Virus record (IMG/VR): IMGVR_UViG_2537561945_000003
DNA length: 55,233 nt
Strand: one strand, 5' to 3'
Source of the DNA: a virus
Lineage: Duplodnaviria > Heunggongvirae > Uroviricota > Caudoviricetes
The stretch's first letter is position 1. Every line of letters starts with the position of its first letter. Both the position numbers and the translations under genes were made by a program. Below are positions 37,349 through 47,334 of the stretch, piece by piece. The notes under the pieces were generated by a model that was given only the letters and a program-made list of their open reading frames with translations, did no database searches and was not told the origin of the DNA.

Positions 37349-37654
37349 ATGTCATTACAAGTATCGCACTACAACATGCTTAGGGCAAGTCACGAAGGAA
37401 GTCAGAAAGTAGTCGTAAGAACGGTGATCACTGTCCGCTTTGTGCCAGGAGCAGCCATTGCTAAGTCCATCCTGTATTGTGCAGGTCAGCTCGTTTTTAA
37501 AGAGTCCGGCCATCATCTTACTGGTACAGACACCATATACTTTGTGACGGTCAGGCTACATATGCACAACTCAACTTATTCATCTATTTTTTGCTTTAGC
37601 ATGTCAGTGTTGCTTTCTCGTCGGCGGGTGAGCGGTGACCTGACCTGTCGATAA
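37349..37654 (+). CDS. hypothetical protein, possibly YdfV-like
   Basis: 101-aa ORF at the Qin ydfV position and size; sequence not recognised. Confidence 0.3.
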   Translation: MSLQVSHYNMLRASHEGSQKVVVRTVITVRFVPGAAIAKSILYCAGQLVFKESGHHLTGTDTIYFVTVRLHMHNSTYSSIFCFSMSVLLSRRRVSGDLTCR

Positions 37655-37889
37655 AGGAACGTAACACGTTTTATGCAACACCCGCATGCGGCAGAAAATT
37701 ATTGCCGAACGTTTACCCCTGTCAACAAGCTTTACTTTCTGAGGCGCGCCAGCCCGCGAGGAAAACAATCTGAACATCAAACAATTAATGACACAAGAAA
37801 TACGATTAAAGATTTTTTGTAAGCGTACAGCCTGAACCGTCTGGTCAGAATCTGACGAATTAGACAAAGTGGTGTCCACCAAATAAGTA

Positions 37890-38291
37890 GTGGGAACCAA
37901 AGTATCAGATATGCAGAAAAATGTGACTCCCGGCAGGCGAAAAGGCTGCCCTAATTATCCTCCCGAATTTAAACAGCAGCTCGTTGCTGCCTCCTGTGAA
38001 CCCGGGATATCCATCTCAAAACTTGCTCTTGAAAATGGCATTAACGCCAATCTGTTGTTCAAATGGCGACAACAATGGCGCGAGGGAAAACTGCTATTAC
38101 CTTCTTCAGAGAGCCCCCAGCTACTTCCTGTGACTCTCGATGCAGCTGCCGAACAGCCAGAATCGCTCGCAGAGGACCCGGAAACCCTCAGTATCAGCTG
38201 TGAGGTAACGTTCCGGCACGGGACGCTCCGCTTCAATGGCAATGTCAGCGAAAAGCTCCTGACTCTGCTGATACAGGAACTGAAGCGATGA
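37890..38291 (+). CDS. IS66-family accessory protein OrfA (TnpA)
   Basis: 133-aa ORF, first of the IS66 triplet. Confidence 0.85.
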   Translation: MGTKVSDMQKNVTPGRRKGCPNYPPEFKQQLVAASCEPGISISKLALENGINANLLFKWRQQWREGKLLLPSSESPQLLPVTLDAAAEQPESLAEDPETLSISCEVTFRHGTLRFNGNVSEKLLTLLIQELKR

Positions 38292-38635
38292 TCCCGTTAC
38301 CTTCCGGGACCAAAATTTGGCTGGTTGCCGGTATCACCGATATGAGAAATGGCTTCAACGGCCTGGCTGCGAAAGTACAAACGGCGCTGAAAGACGATCC
38401 CATGTCCGGCCATGTTTTCATTTTCCGGGGCCGCAGCGGCAGTCAGGTTAAACTGCTGTGGTCCACCGGTGACGGACTGTGCCTCCTGACCAAACGGCTG
38501 GAGCGTGGGCGCTTCGCCTGGCCGTCAGCCCGTGATGGCAAAGTGTTCCTTACGCAGGCGCAGCTGGCGATGCTGCTGGAAGGTATCGACTGGCGACAGC
38601 CTAAGCGGCTGCTGCCCTCCCTGACCATGCTGTAA
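38288..38635 (+). CDS. IS66-family accessory protein OrfB (TnpB)
   Basis: 115 aa [26 protein letters not shown]... Confidence 0.9.
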   Translation: MIPLPSGTKIWLVAGITDMRNGFNGLAAKVQTALKDDPMSGHVFIFRGRSGSQVKLLWSTGDGLCLLTKRLERGRFAWPSARDGKVFLTQAQLAMLLEGIDWRQPKRLLPSLTML

Positions 38636-38684
38636 ATCTCTTTATCCTGGTTGTCACAGAATAAGCCCGGTAAAATACGGGCTT

Positions 38685-40223
38685 ATGAACGACATCTCTT
38701 CTGACGACATCTTCCTGCTGAAACAGCGCCTGGCCGAACAGGAAGCGCTGATCCACGCCCTGCAGGAAAAGCTGAGCAACCGGGAGCGCGAAATAGACCA
38801 TCTGCAGGCGCAGTTGGATAAACTCCGCCGGATGAACTTCGGCAGTCGTTCCGAAAAAGTCTCCCGCCGTATCGCACAAATGGAAGCCGATCTGAACCGG
38901 CTTCAGAAAGAGAGCGATACGCTGACTGGTAGGGTGTATGACCCGGCAGTACAGCGTCCGTTGCGTCAGACCCGCACCCGTAAGCCGTTCCCTGAATCAC
39001 TACCCCGTGACGAAAAGCGACTGTTGCCTGCGGCGCCGTGCTGCCCGAACTGCGGCGGTTCACTGAGCTATCTGGGCGAGGATACCGCCGAACAGCTGGA
39101 GTTGATGCGTAGCGCCTTCCGGGTTATCCGGACGGTACGGGAAAAACATGCCTGTACTCAGTGCGATGCCATCGTGCAGGCACCTGCACCTTCGCGGCCC
39201 ATCGAGCGGGGTATCGCCGGACCGGGGCTGCTGGCCCGCGTGCTGACCTCGAAGTATGCAGAGCACACCCCGCTGTATCGCCAGTCAGAAATATACGGCC
39301 GGCAAGGTGTGGAGCTGAGGCGTTCACTGCTGTCGGGCTGGGTGGATGCATGCTGCCGGCTGCTGTCTCCGCTGGAAGAGGCGCTTCATGGCTATGTCAT
39401 GACTGACGGCAAACTCCATGCCGATGATACCCCGGTCCAGGTACTGCTGCCGGGTAATAAGAAGACGAAGACCGGGCGGTTGTGGGCGTATGTTCGTGAT
39501 GACCGCAATGCCGGGTCAGCGTTGGCACCTGCAGTGTGGTTCGCTTACAGCCCGGACAGAAAAGGCATCCATCCGCAGACTCATCTTGCCTGCTTCAGCG
39601 GTGTGCTGCAAGCGGATGCGTACGCCGGGTTCAACGAGCTTTATCGCAATGGTGGGATAACGGAAGCTGCCTGCTGGGCTCATGCCCGCCGAAAGATCCA
39701 CGATGTGCACGTCCGCATCCCGTCAGCACTGACGGAAGAAGCCCTGGAGCAGATCGGTCAGTTGTACGCCATAGAGGCGGATATAAGGGGAATGCCGGCA
39801 GAGCAGCGGCTTGCTGAACGTCAGCGAAAAACGAAACCGTTGTTGAAATCCCTGGAAAGCTGGTTGCGTGAAAAGATGAAGACCCTGTCGCGACACTCAG
39901 AGTTGGCGAAGGCGTTCGCGTACGCACTTAACCAGTGGCCGGCACTGACGTACTATGCGAACGATGGCTGGGTGGAAATCGACAACAACATCGCTGAAAA
40001 TGCCCTGCGGGCGGTCAGTCTGGGTCGTAAAAACTTCCTGTTCTTCGGCTCTGACCATGGTGGTGAGCGGGGAGCGCTACTGTACAGCCTGATCGGGACG
40101 TGCAAACTGAATGACGTGGATCCAGAAAGCTACCTTCGCCATGTGCTTGGCGTCATAGCAGACTGGCCGGTCAACCGGGTCAGCGAACTGCTTCCGTGGC
40201 GCATAGCACTGCCAGCTGAATAA
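38685..40223 (+). CDS. IS66-family transposase OrfC
   Basis: 512 aa with CxxC zinc-ribbon and DDE region. Confidence 0.9.
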   Translation: MNDISSDDIFLLKQRLAEQEALIHALQEKLSNREREIDHLQAQLDKLRRMNFGSRSEKVSRRIAQMEADLNRLQKESDTLTGRVYDPAVQRPLRQTRTRKPFPESLPRDEKRLLPAAPCCPNCGGSLSYLGEDTAEQLELMRSAFRVIRTVREKHACTQCDAIVQAPAPSRPIERGIAGPGLLARVLTSKYAEHTPLYRQSEIYGRQGVELRRSLLSGWVDACCRLLSPLEEALHGYVMTDGKLHADDTPVQVLLPGNKKTKTGRLWAYVRDDRNAGSALAPAVWFAYSPDRKGIHPQTHLACFSGVLQADAYAGFNELYRNGGITEAACWAHARRKIHDVHVRIPSALTEEALEQIGQLYAIEADIRGMPAEQRLAERQRKTKPLLKSLESWLREKMKTLSRHSELAKAFAYALNQWPALTYYANDGWVEIDNNIAENALRAVSLGRKNFLFFGSDHGGERGALLYSLIGTCKLNDVDPESYLRHVLGVIADWPVNRVSELLPWRIALPAE

Positions 40224-40306
40224 CACATCCCCGTCAATACGGCCCTCGCTGTACGCTTACGATTTTTTTGTGCATGCCGATAGTGCTTTTTTAAAAGGAG
40301 AAATCT

Positions 40307-40639
40307 ATGTCTGTCACAATTCAGGGAAATACCTCAACCGTTATTTCAAACAACTCCGCCCCGGAAGGAACATCAGAAATAGCCAAAATCACAAGACAAA
40401 TTCAGGTGCTGACTGAAAAGCTTGGGAAAATCTCATCGGAAGAGGGGATGACGACACAGCAGAAAAAAGAAATGGCTGCATTGGTACAGAAGCAAATTGA
40501 AAGCCTCTGGGCTCAACTGGAGCAGTTGTTAAGGCAGCAGGCAGAGAAAAAGAATGAAGACGCGACAGTTCAGCCTGATAAAAAAGAAGAGAAAAAAGAC
40601 GATACAAATACCGCTGGCACCATTGATATTTACGTCTAA
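40307..40639 (+). CDS. flxA: FlxA (FliA-regulated protein)
   Basis: 110 aa MSVTIQGNTSTVISNNSAPEGTSEIAKITRQIQVLTEKLG...; sigma-28 -10-like GCCGATAG about 25 nt upstream. Confidence 0.85.
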   Translation: MSVTIQGNTSTVISNNSAPEGTSEIAKITRQIQVLTEKLGKISSEEGMTTQQKKEMAALVQKQIESLWAQLEQLLRQQAEKKNEDATVQPDKKEEKKDDTNTAGTIDIYV

Positions 40640-41075
40640 GTGACAGCCGTATTGTGGCCCTCATCGGGCCACTTTTCGCCATCAGCCTTTTCTTTAAAGA
40701 CATATTATCTTTGTATCATTTCTGATAGTTAACATTACAAGATATAAGTAATGGACGCACTCCCAATTAGTCTATTTAAATCGCCACGAGTTTAACTGAC
40801 AACCCATGATCAATTATGAATTGCAACTATTTCTGTAGTCACTTTTGTGGGGACAGTCCACAAAACTGCCAACTTCCGCTTCTTGCTCTTAGCGGACATT
40901 AGCATAGGCTATTTACCATAACGCCTCATTACGCGCACCGCCCAGACTGACTCAGCGCGTTTCTGGCATATCCCCGGTAAAACAAGTAACAAACCACCCG
41001 AAAATGAACACCAGAAACGCGACTTAAGAATCTACCCTATGAATGGATATGCACTCAACCGAATCGATCTTGGTT

Positions 41076-42368
41076 TCAATCTTTTTTATCGGGATCAGGC
41101 TTCTTTTTAGGTAACTTCGGGGGCTTAACTTGCTGATGACTTTGCGTTCGGCGCGTAAGCCAGGGATGGTCAGCTTTAGGTTTAACATAGTATTTTGAGC
41201 GTAAATCAATACGGGCATTATCCACTCGTTCATGGACACTCTTTTCATCATCCAGTGGTATAGGCTCCGGGCCATCAACATACTTTTCCCAGCCCAGCGC
41301 TTTCCCGTCATACAGAACGTTAATTTCACCGTCAAAGTTCTCGCATACAGTAACAACCGAATGCCTAAGTCGATATCCCCGGCCCTCACTGCGTACCTGA
41401 AACGCACTGCTTTTGTACTGGAAAGTGAGATTTTTAGACAGAACGCGCTTCGCCTGTAGGCTGAAGATATAACCCAGTTCCTCTTCAGAATGGTGCACAT
41501 CAAGATGAGCATTATCAGTAGTACGAGGCGACGTAGCGAACCGGTTGTTATAGGCTTCAATAAAGGTCGGCAACCATGCATTTGCTGTTTCAATATCACT
41601 GATATTCTGAAGCCGCATTTCTTTGACCAGCCTGTCCTGTAGTGTCTGATTGGCGCGCTCTACCCGCCCTTTTGCCTGCGGGCTGTTGGCATGGATTGGC
41701 TCGATGCCCAGTGTCTTTATCGCACGAGTGAACTGGGTCAGCTCACCTTCCCGCTCTGGGTTATTTACCCTGAATATACTGTGTCTATCAGAGTAGAGAG
41801 CGAGCGGTACGCCATGATCATTAAGGTAACCCCGGAGGGTTTCCATGTAAGCCCGGGTTGTTTCAGCAGGCACAAAACGCAACGCCATCAACGCACTGGT
41901 GGCATCATCAATGAAAACGATCAGTGTACATCTGGGGCCTCGATTTTCAAACCAGTCATGAGGTGAGCCATCAATCTGGATCAGTTCACCGTAAGATGGT
42001 CGTCGCATGCGGCGTTGATATATACGGGCAATTTTACGACGGCGTTCACGCCATAACCCCTCTTCTATCATCCACTTTCTGAGAGTTTCAACGGATAAAG
42101 ATAAACCGTGTATCTCGCGCAATTTTTCGCACGCAAACGTAGGTCCAAAATCAGCGTAACGGCCTTTGAGGAGTGAAATTACTGTTGCTCTGAATTCAGT
42201 AGAAAAGGAATTATTAGGACGCTTTCCACGTCGGTGGGAAACCAGACCAGAAGGCCCTTCATTTCTATACCGTTGCACCAGACGTTTAACCTGCCGAATA
42301 GAAATGCCAATGCGTGCCGCAGCTTGTTCCTGAATAATCTGAAGTCGGTGGAGTTCCTTATGACTCAT
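41076..42368 (-). CDS. DDE-type transposase (rve/integrase-core; IS481- or ISNCY-like)
   Basis: ORF 41076..42389, likely start MSHKELHRLQ at 42368; N-terminal HTH then D..D..E core (IQIDGS, FIDDATS, GRVERAN); IS ends not determined. Confidence 0.8.
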   Translation of the reverse strand: MSHKELHRLQIIQEQAAARIGISIRQVKRLVQRYRNEGPSGLVSHRRGKRPNNSFSTEFRATVISLLKGRYADFGPTFACEKLREIHGLSLSVETLRKWMIEEGLWRERRRKIARIYQRRMRRPSYGELIQIDGSPHDWFENRGPRCTLIVFIDDATSALMALRFVPAETTRAYMETLRGYLNDHGVPLALYSDRHSIFRVNNPEREGELTQFTRAIKTLGIEPIHANSPQAKGRVERANQTLQDRLVKEMRLQNISDIETANAWLPTFIEAYNNRFATSPRTTDNAHLDVHHSEEELGYIFSLQAKRVLSKNLTFQYKSSAFQVRSEGRGYRLRHSVVTVCENFDGEINVLYDGKALGWEKYVDGPEPIPLDDEKSVHERVDNARIDLRSKYYVKPKADHPWLTRRTQSHQQVKPPKLPKKKPDPDKKD

Positions 42369-42723
42369 CGTAACAGTCTCTTTGATCATGAAAAATCCCC
42401 CAGAGAATTGTCTGGGGACATTTTAGAATGGTTCAAAGGGGACATTACAGCTTGGTGTTAACAATAGCCTGCTTCTCCGTGCCTTTCGGCACGTAAGAGG
42501 CTAACCTACATGTGTCTAGCATGAAATTGGCCTCAGATTAATGTTAAGCGTCTTGCAGGACGCGTAATGTTAACTGGGGCTTTTCTCTATCTGCCGTTGG
42601 TGTCCATGCCCGAGGCAGATAGCCTCAAGCACCCGCAGTCATTCTACTTAACTAAGATTTCCCCGCAAACCGTTTTTGTCCAGCACAGTAAATATCCAAC
42701 TAAACCAATGGAGTTCGCTGTAT

Positions 42724-42903
42724 TTACCGCCAGTATTCAATGCACATGACCGCCATGAACACCCCTAAAAAAAGGGCATTTATATATCCAAATATTAATA
42801 TCAAAACATCAACTTTTTCCATATACCTTGCTGTGAAGATGATGGGCATACATGATGCGAACAACCAGAACGCAACAAACAAAAACTGCAATGCGTTTTT
42901 CAT
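42724..42903 (-). CDS. hypothetical small membrane protein (59 aa, two predicted TM helices)
   Basis: ATG at 42903 preceded by GGAGGA at ideal spacing; MKNALQFLFVAFWLFASCMPIIFTARYMEKVDVLILIFGYINALFLGVFMAVMCIEYWR; sits in an AT-rich islet. Confidence 0.4.
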   Translation of the reverse strand: MKNALQFLFVAFWLFASCMPIIFTARYMEKVDVLILIFGYINALFLGVFMAVMCIEYWR

Positions 42904-43666
42904 TATTCCTCCTACAATCAATGTGCAATTACATTTAAACACACCTCAATTTGGCCGGACATATAAATATCTAAACCAGAAAAAATCACTTACATAGCGT
43001 TACAAACTCTTTAGTCTAAAGGTTCATCGTAAAACATTCCCCATACTTATCAGTCCGTTCCGCGCCAGGTAGCTCATTGCCTTATCTGGCAACCTGTAAT
43101 CAGGTTTCCGCTTTTTCAGTTGGCTGGTCGTTTAACCGACATAGTTAATCCATTAATCTAGTTGCCGGATGTTGGTGGATTTTCGCGTTTTAGTTGTTCA
43201 TAAAAGTGCACAGCTTTAACCAGTTCTTCTGATGTAACTGGGACTGGTGAGGCAGTGAATAAGGCCTGAATTTGATAGTTCGGCCTGTCGTTACAATCCT
43301 CTTTTTTCGGTACATATTTCCAGTCACCAGACCACTACTTCCCCTGAAAGTCCGTAACGCCTTTTTTCACGTAGCGATATCGCCATGCCACTGGTTTTGC
43401 TTGCCCCGCCGTTTCATGCCCTTCCTGATAATTAATCTCGCTCATTCATCGCCCCACTCATCACAATATGCTTCGACCGGAGTTTTTCCCGCTTCATAGT
43501 CATCACGCTAGGATTCGACATCAGCAGCACTTCCACCGCGTAACTCACCATAGTCCATTAATAGTTCATCCCGCTCTTCAAAACTGTAAGCGTCGTCTCA
43601 GCACCGTCTGGCAGATCCTGAAATTCCTGAGAGAATAGTGGACACCAAATATGGTGGACGCAATCC

Positions 43667-44071
43667 ATGAAATCATTAACCGCAGTGCGTAAAAAAAGCC
43701 CTAATTATCCCGTTGAGTTCAAAATCAAAATGGTTGAACTCTCGCATCGACCAGAGATCTCCGTAGCGCAACTCGCTCGTGAGCATGGGATCAACGATAA
43801 TTTGCTGTTCAAGTGGCGCCAGTACTGGCGCGAAGGAAAACTACGTCCTCCTTCAACAACAGAAAACAACGTGCCTGAGCTGCTCCCGATAACACTTGAT
43901 GCCGAAGATGTTGTCCCTACAACCTCCCCCCGGTCACAACCTGTAGCTGCTGCGACACCTGAATCACTCAATATCAGCTGTGAAGTGACGTTCCGGCACG
44001 GATCACTCCGTCTGAATGGTGCCATCAGCGAAAATATCCTGAACCTGCTGATACGGGAGCTCAAACGTTGA
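43667..44071 (+). CDS. IS66-family OrfA
   Basis: 134-aa ORF. Confidence 0.85.
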   Translation: MKSLTAVRKKSPNYPVEFKIKMVELSHRPEISVAQLAREHGINDNLLFKWRQYWREGKLRPPSTTENNVPELLPITLDAEDVVPTTSPRSQPVAAATPESLNISCEVTFRHGSLRLNGAISENILNLLIRELKR

Positions 44072-44415
44072 TCCCATTACCATCAGGGACAAAGATCTGG
44101 CTGGTCGCTGGCATCACCGATATGAGAAACGGCTTCAACGGCCTGGCGGCAAAGGTGCAGACGACGCTGAAAGACGATCCGATGTCAGGTCACGTTTTTA
44201 TCTTCCGTGGGCGTAATGGCAGTCAGGTAAAGCTCCTCTGGTCTACCGGCGATGGACTGTGTCTGCTGACCAAACGGCTGGAGCGCGGCCGCTTCGCCTG
44301 GCCGTCAGCCCGGGATGGCAAAGTGTTCCTCACACCGGCACAGCTGGCGATGCTGCTGGAAGGTATCGACTGGCGGCAGCCTAAAAGACTGCTTACGTCC
44401 CTGACTATGTTGTAA
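44068..44415 (+). CDS. IS66-family OrfB
   Basis: 115-aa ORF. Confidence 0.9.
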   Translation: MIPLPSGTKIWLVAGITDMRNGFNGLAAKVQTTLKDDPMSGHVFIFRGRNGSQVKLLWSTGDGLCLLTKRLERGRFAWPSARDGKVFLTPAQLAMLLEGIDWRQPKRLLTSLTML

Positions 44416-44463
44416 GCCTCTTTATCCTGGTCGACGCTGAATGAGCCTGGTAATATACCCGGT

Positions 44464-45999
44464 ATGAGCAGCTCACTTCCTGACGATATCAATGCACTGA
44501 AACGTCTCCTTGCCGAACAGGAGGCGCTGAACCGTGCCCTGCAGGAAAAGCTGAACGAGCGTGAACGCGAAATAGACCATCTGCAGGCACAGCTGGATAA
44601 GCTGCGCCGGATGAACTTCGGCAGCCGCTCGGAAAAAGTCTCCCGTCGTATCGCACAGATGGAAGCTGACCTGAAGGCACTTCAGAAAGAAAGTGATACC
44701 CTTACCGGTCGGGTTGACGACCCGGCCGTGCAGCGCCCGCTGCGTCAAACCCGCACCCGCAAACCGTTCCCCGAATCACTCCCCCGCGATGAAAAACGGC
44801 TGCTGCCGGCAGCGTCATGCTGCCCGGAATGTGGAGGCTCGCTGAGCTATCTGGGTGAGGATGCCGCCGAACAGCTGGAGCTGATGCGCAGCGCCTTCCG
44901 GGTTATCCGGACTGTACGTGAAAAGCATGCCTGTACTCAGTGCGATGCCATCGTGCAGGCCCCCGCGCCTTCACGGCCCATCGAGCGGGGTATCGCAGGA
45001 CCGGGGCTGCTGGCCCGCGTGCTGATCTCAAAGTATGCAGAGCACACCCCGCTGTACCGCCAGTCTGAAATGTACGGCCGCCAGGGCGTGGAGCTGAGTC
45101 GTTCACTGCTGTCGGGCTGGGTGGATGCATGCTGCCGGCTACTGTCACCGCTGGAAGAAGCGCTTCAGGACTATGTGCTGACTGACGGTAAGCTCCATGC
45201 TGATGACACGCCTGTCCCGGTGCTGTTGCCAGGCAATAAGAAAACGAAGACCGGGCGGTTATGGACCTACGTTCGTGACGACCGTAACGCCGGGTCAACG
45301 CTGGCGCCGGCGGTGTGGTTCGCTTACAGCCCGGACAGAAAAGGCATCCATCCGCAGACCCATCTTGCGGGGTTCAGTGGTGTACTGCAGGCGGATGCAT
45401 ACGCCGGGTTCAACGAGCTGTACCGGGATGGCCGGATAACGGAAGCCGCCTGTTGGGCTCACGCCCGCCGTAAAATCCACGATGTGCACGTTCGCACCCC
45501 GTCAGCCCTGACGGAGGAAGCGCTGAAACGGATCGGCGAACTGTACGCCATCGAGGCAGAGATAAGGGGAATGACGGCGGAGCAGCGCCTTGCCGAACGT
45601 CAGTTGAAAACGAAACCGCTGCTGAAATCCCTGGAAAGCTGGCTGCGTGAAAAGATGAAAACCCTGTCGCGACACTCAGAACTGGCGAAAGCGTTCGCAT
45701 ACGCCCTGAACCAGTGGCCGGCGCTGACGTACTATGCAGATGATGGCTGGGCTGAGGCGGACAATAACATCGCTGAAAATGCGTTGCGGATGGTCAGTCT
45801 GGGCCGCAAAAACTACCTGTTCTTCGGTTCGGATCATGGAGGAGAGCGGGGAGCGCTGCTGTACAGCCTGATCGGGACGTGCAAACTGAACGGAGTGGAG
45901 CCAGAAAGCTACCTCCGCTATGTCCTTGACGTCATAGCCGACTGGCCGATAAACCGGGTCGGCGAACTGCTCCCCCTGGCGCGTAGCACTGCCGACTGA
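44464..45999 (+). CDS. IS66-family transposase OrfC
   Basis: 511-aa ORF. Confidence 0.9.
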   Translation: MSSSLPDDINALKRLLAEQEALNRALQEKLNEREREIDHLQAQLDKLRRMNFGSRSEKVSRRIAQMEADLKALQKESDTLTGRVDDPAVQRPLRQTRTRKPFPESLPRDEKRLLPAASCCPECGGSLSYLGEDAAEQLELMRSAFRVIRTVREKHACTQCDAIVQAPAPSRPIERGIAGPGLLARVLISKYAEHTPLYRQSEMYGRQGVELSRSLLSGWVDACCRLLSPLEEALQDYVLTDGKLHADDTPVPVLLPGNKKTKTGRLWTYVRDDRNAGSTLAPAVWFAYSPDRKGIHPQTHLAGFSGVLQADAYAGFNELYRDGRITEAACWAHARRKIHDVHVRTPSALTEEALKRIGELYAIEAEIRGMTAEQRLAERQLKTKPLLKSLESWLREKMKTLSRHSELAKAFAYALNQWPALTYYADDGWAEADNNIAENALRMVSLGRKNYLFFGSDHGGERGALLYSLIGTCKLNGVEPESYLRYVLDVIADWPINRVGELLPLARSTAD

Positions 46000-46518
46000 A
46001 TAACACATCCCCGTCAATACGGTTCTTGCTGCACGCTTACTCAAAACTGATGTTATATTTAGCTGAACAAAAATCAGCCACTTTGTTCTTCCTCATCGTC
46101 TTTTATTTCGTGGTATGAGTAATTGCAGTAGTTAAAGAAAATTTCTTATGCTCCGTCATGAATTTCCTCAGGTGTTGCGTCATCGTCCACTTCGAATACA
46201 TCCTCAAAATCTCCACCAGCTATTCCCGTTTCAATAATAATTTTGAACTTTCGCATTTCACTACCGCCCTTTCGGGCGGCCTCCTGATGTTCTGAGGGTG
46301 CAGAAATCCATCCGGTTAAGGATTAAATTTTATTTACAGAACTGAATTTAATTATTCAGATATACGTATCTGTAGCCTTACGAATCTACTCACTGGATGC
46401 CTCTTTCATAAAAATAATCCAGTGGGTTTTATCGTTTTTTCCCTGTTCGTTGACAGATAACAGGTTTTCTGTCTGTCAGTGCCAGAATCTGGCTTACCGG
46501 TATTTGCGTTTCATTCCA

Positions 46519-46875
46519 TTAAAAAATCAGAACGCCGTGCGGCCTCAACACCCGAAAGGCTTCTTTAAATCTCTGTCGCGAATCATCACGCCAGGCATCT
46601 TTATTCAGCCGTCCATATTTCTTTCCCATCCAGGCGTTATCACCAACACTCTCAAGATGCGGAGGGTCTAATACAACCATCGAAAAAGATGCGTCTGCAA
46701 ATGATAATGCACGAAAATCTGCGATAATGTCAGGGCTGATAATCAAGCGTCTCCCATTGCGTAATGTGTATCCTTCTTTTCTGATATCGCTGAATATCGC
46801 CCGTTCGTCAGACTTATCGAACCAGAACATGCGGCTGCCACAGCACATATCAAGAATGGTTGCCGGTGCACTCAC
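46519..46875 (-). CDS. small putative SAM-dependent methyltransferase (DPPH motif; possibly truncated)
   Basis: 118 aa; LDMCCGSRMF (motif I-like), VVLDPPH (motif IV-like), LRPHGVLIF; start overlaps stop of the upstream ORF (ATGA). Confidence 0.5.
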   Translation of the reverse strand: MSAPATILDMCCGSRMFWFDKSDERAIFSDIRKEGYTLRNGRRLIISPDIIADFRALSFADASFSMVVLDPPHLESVGDNAWMGKKYGRLNKDAWRDDSRQRFKEAFRVLRPHGVLIF

Positions 46876-47294
46876 TGCGCCACGTCCTGAAAATTACCCT
46901 GATAGAAAGCCAGTATGCGCTGCATAACTTCGCTCTTCCGGCACTCGCGACAGATTATGTTTAGGCGACTGTCGTAGCGACGTATTTCTCCGTCAGGTGA
47001 TGACCAGATAAGGTCCGGATCAACCACAGCAGGTTTCTTCACCTTTGCCCTCGAGAGTTTTTTGCGGGCGTTTTGCCAGTCCTTACGCGCCTGTTCAGAG
47101 GGGAATAACCCGTAGCCGGAGTTGTATACATCGCCACTGGCTACCAGCTCTCTGGCAAGAACGCTCATCAGATATCTAGTCGCACCTGTTTTAGCTTCCA
47201 GTTGCCGTAACGTCTCACGGCCGCTCTGGCGCACGAGTTCCACCACCTGCCATTTAATTTTTTCCCGCTCTTCTTGTGTAAAAACTTTTGCCAC
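46872..47294 (-). CDS. hypothetical phage protein
   Basis: 140-aa ORF translationally coupled to the downstream methyltransferase-like ORF. Confidence 0.45.
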   Translation of the reverse strand: MAKVFTQEEREKIKWQVVELVRQSGRETLRQLEAKTGATRYLMSVLARELVASGDVYNSGYGLFPSEQARKDWQNARKKLSRAKVKKPAVVDPDLIWSSPDGEIRRYDSRLNIICRECRKSEVMQRILAFYQGNFQDVAQ

Positions 47295-47334
47295 AAGTCC
47301 CCCTTAAAATTACCTCATGACCTGAAATCAACAC

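Larger units (their letters stand above)
37819..40260 (+). mobile_element. IS66-family insertion sequence (ISEc8-like, about 2442 bp) with 8-bp target duplication GATTTTTT
   Basis: ends GTAAGCGTACAG... and ...CTGTACGCTTAC; identical GATTTTTT at 37811-37818 and 40261-40268; three-ORF IS66 organisation. Confidence 0.9.
43586..46040 (+). mobile_element. second IS66-family insertion sequence (distinct copy) with 8-bp target duplication TCAAAACT
   Basis: ends GTAAGCGTCG... and ...GCACGCTTAC; TCAAAACT flanks both ends; proteins are similar but not identical to the first IS66 copy. Confidence 0.85.

Noticed and set aside
41024-41599. 191-aa minus-strand ORF
   Set aside because: Overlaps the 3-prime part of the DDE transposase gene in another frame; the transposase frame has the recognisable catalytic motifs.
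46170-46280. 36-aa acidic mini-ORF (MRKFKIIIETGIAGGDFEDVF...) on the minus strand
   Set aside because: The only SD-like sequence is too far upstream and partly within a hairpin; too short to support without conservation data.
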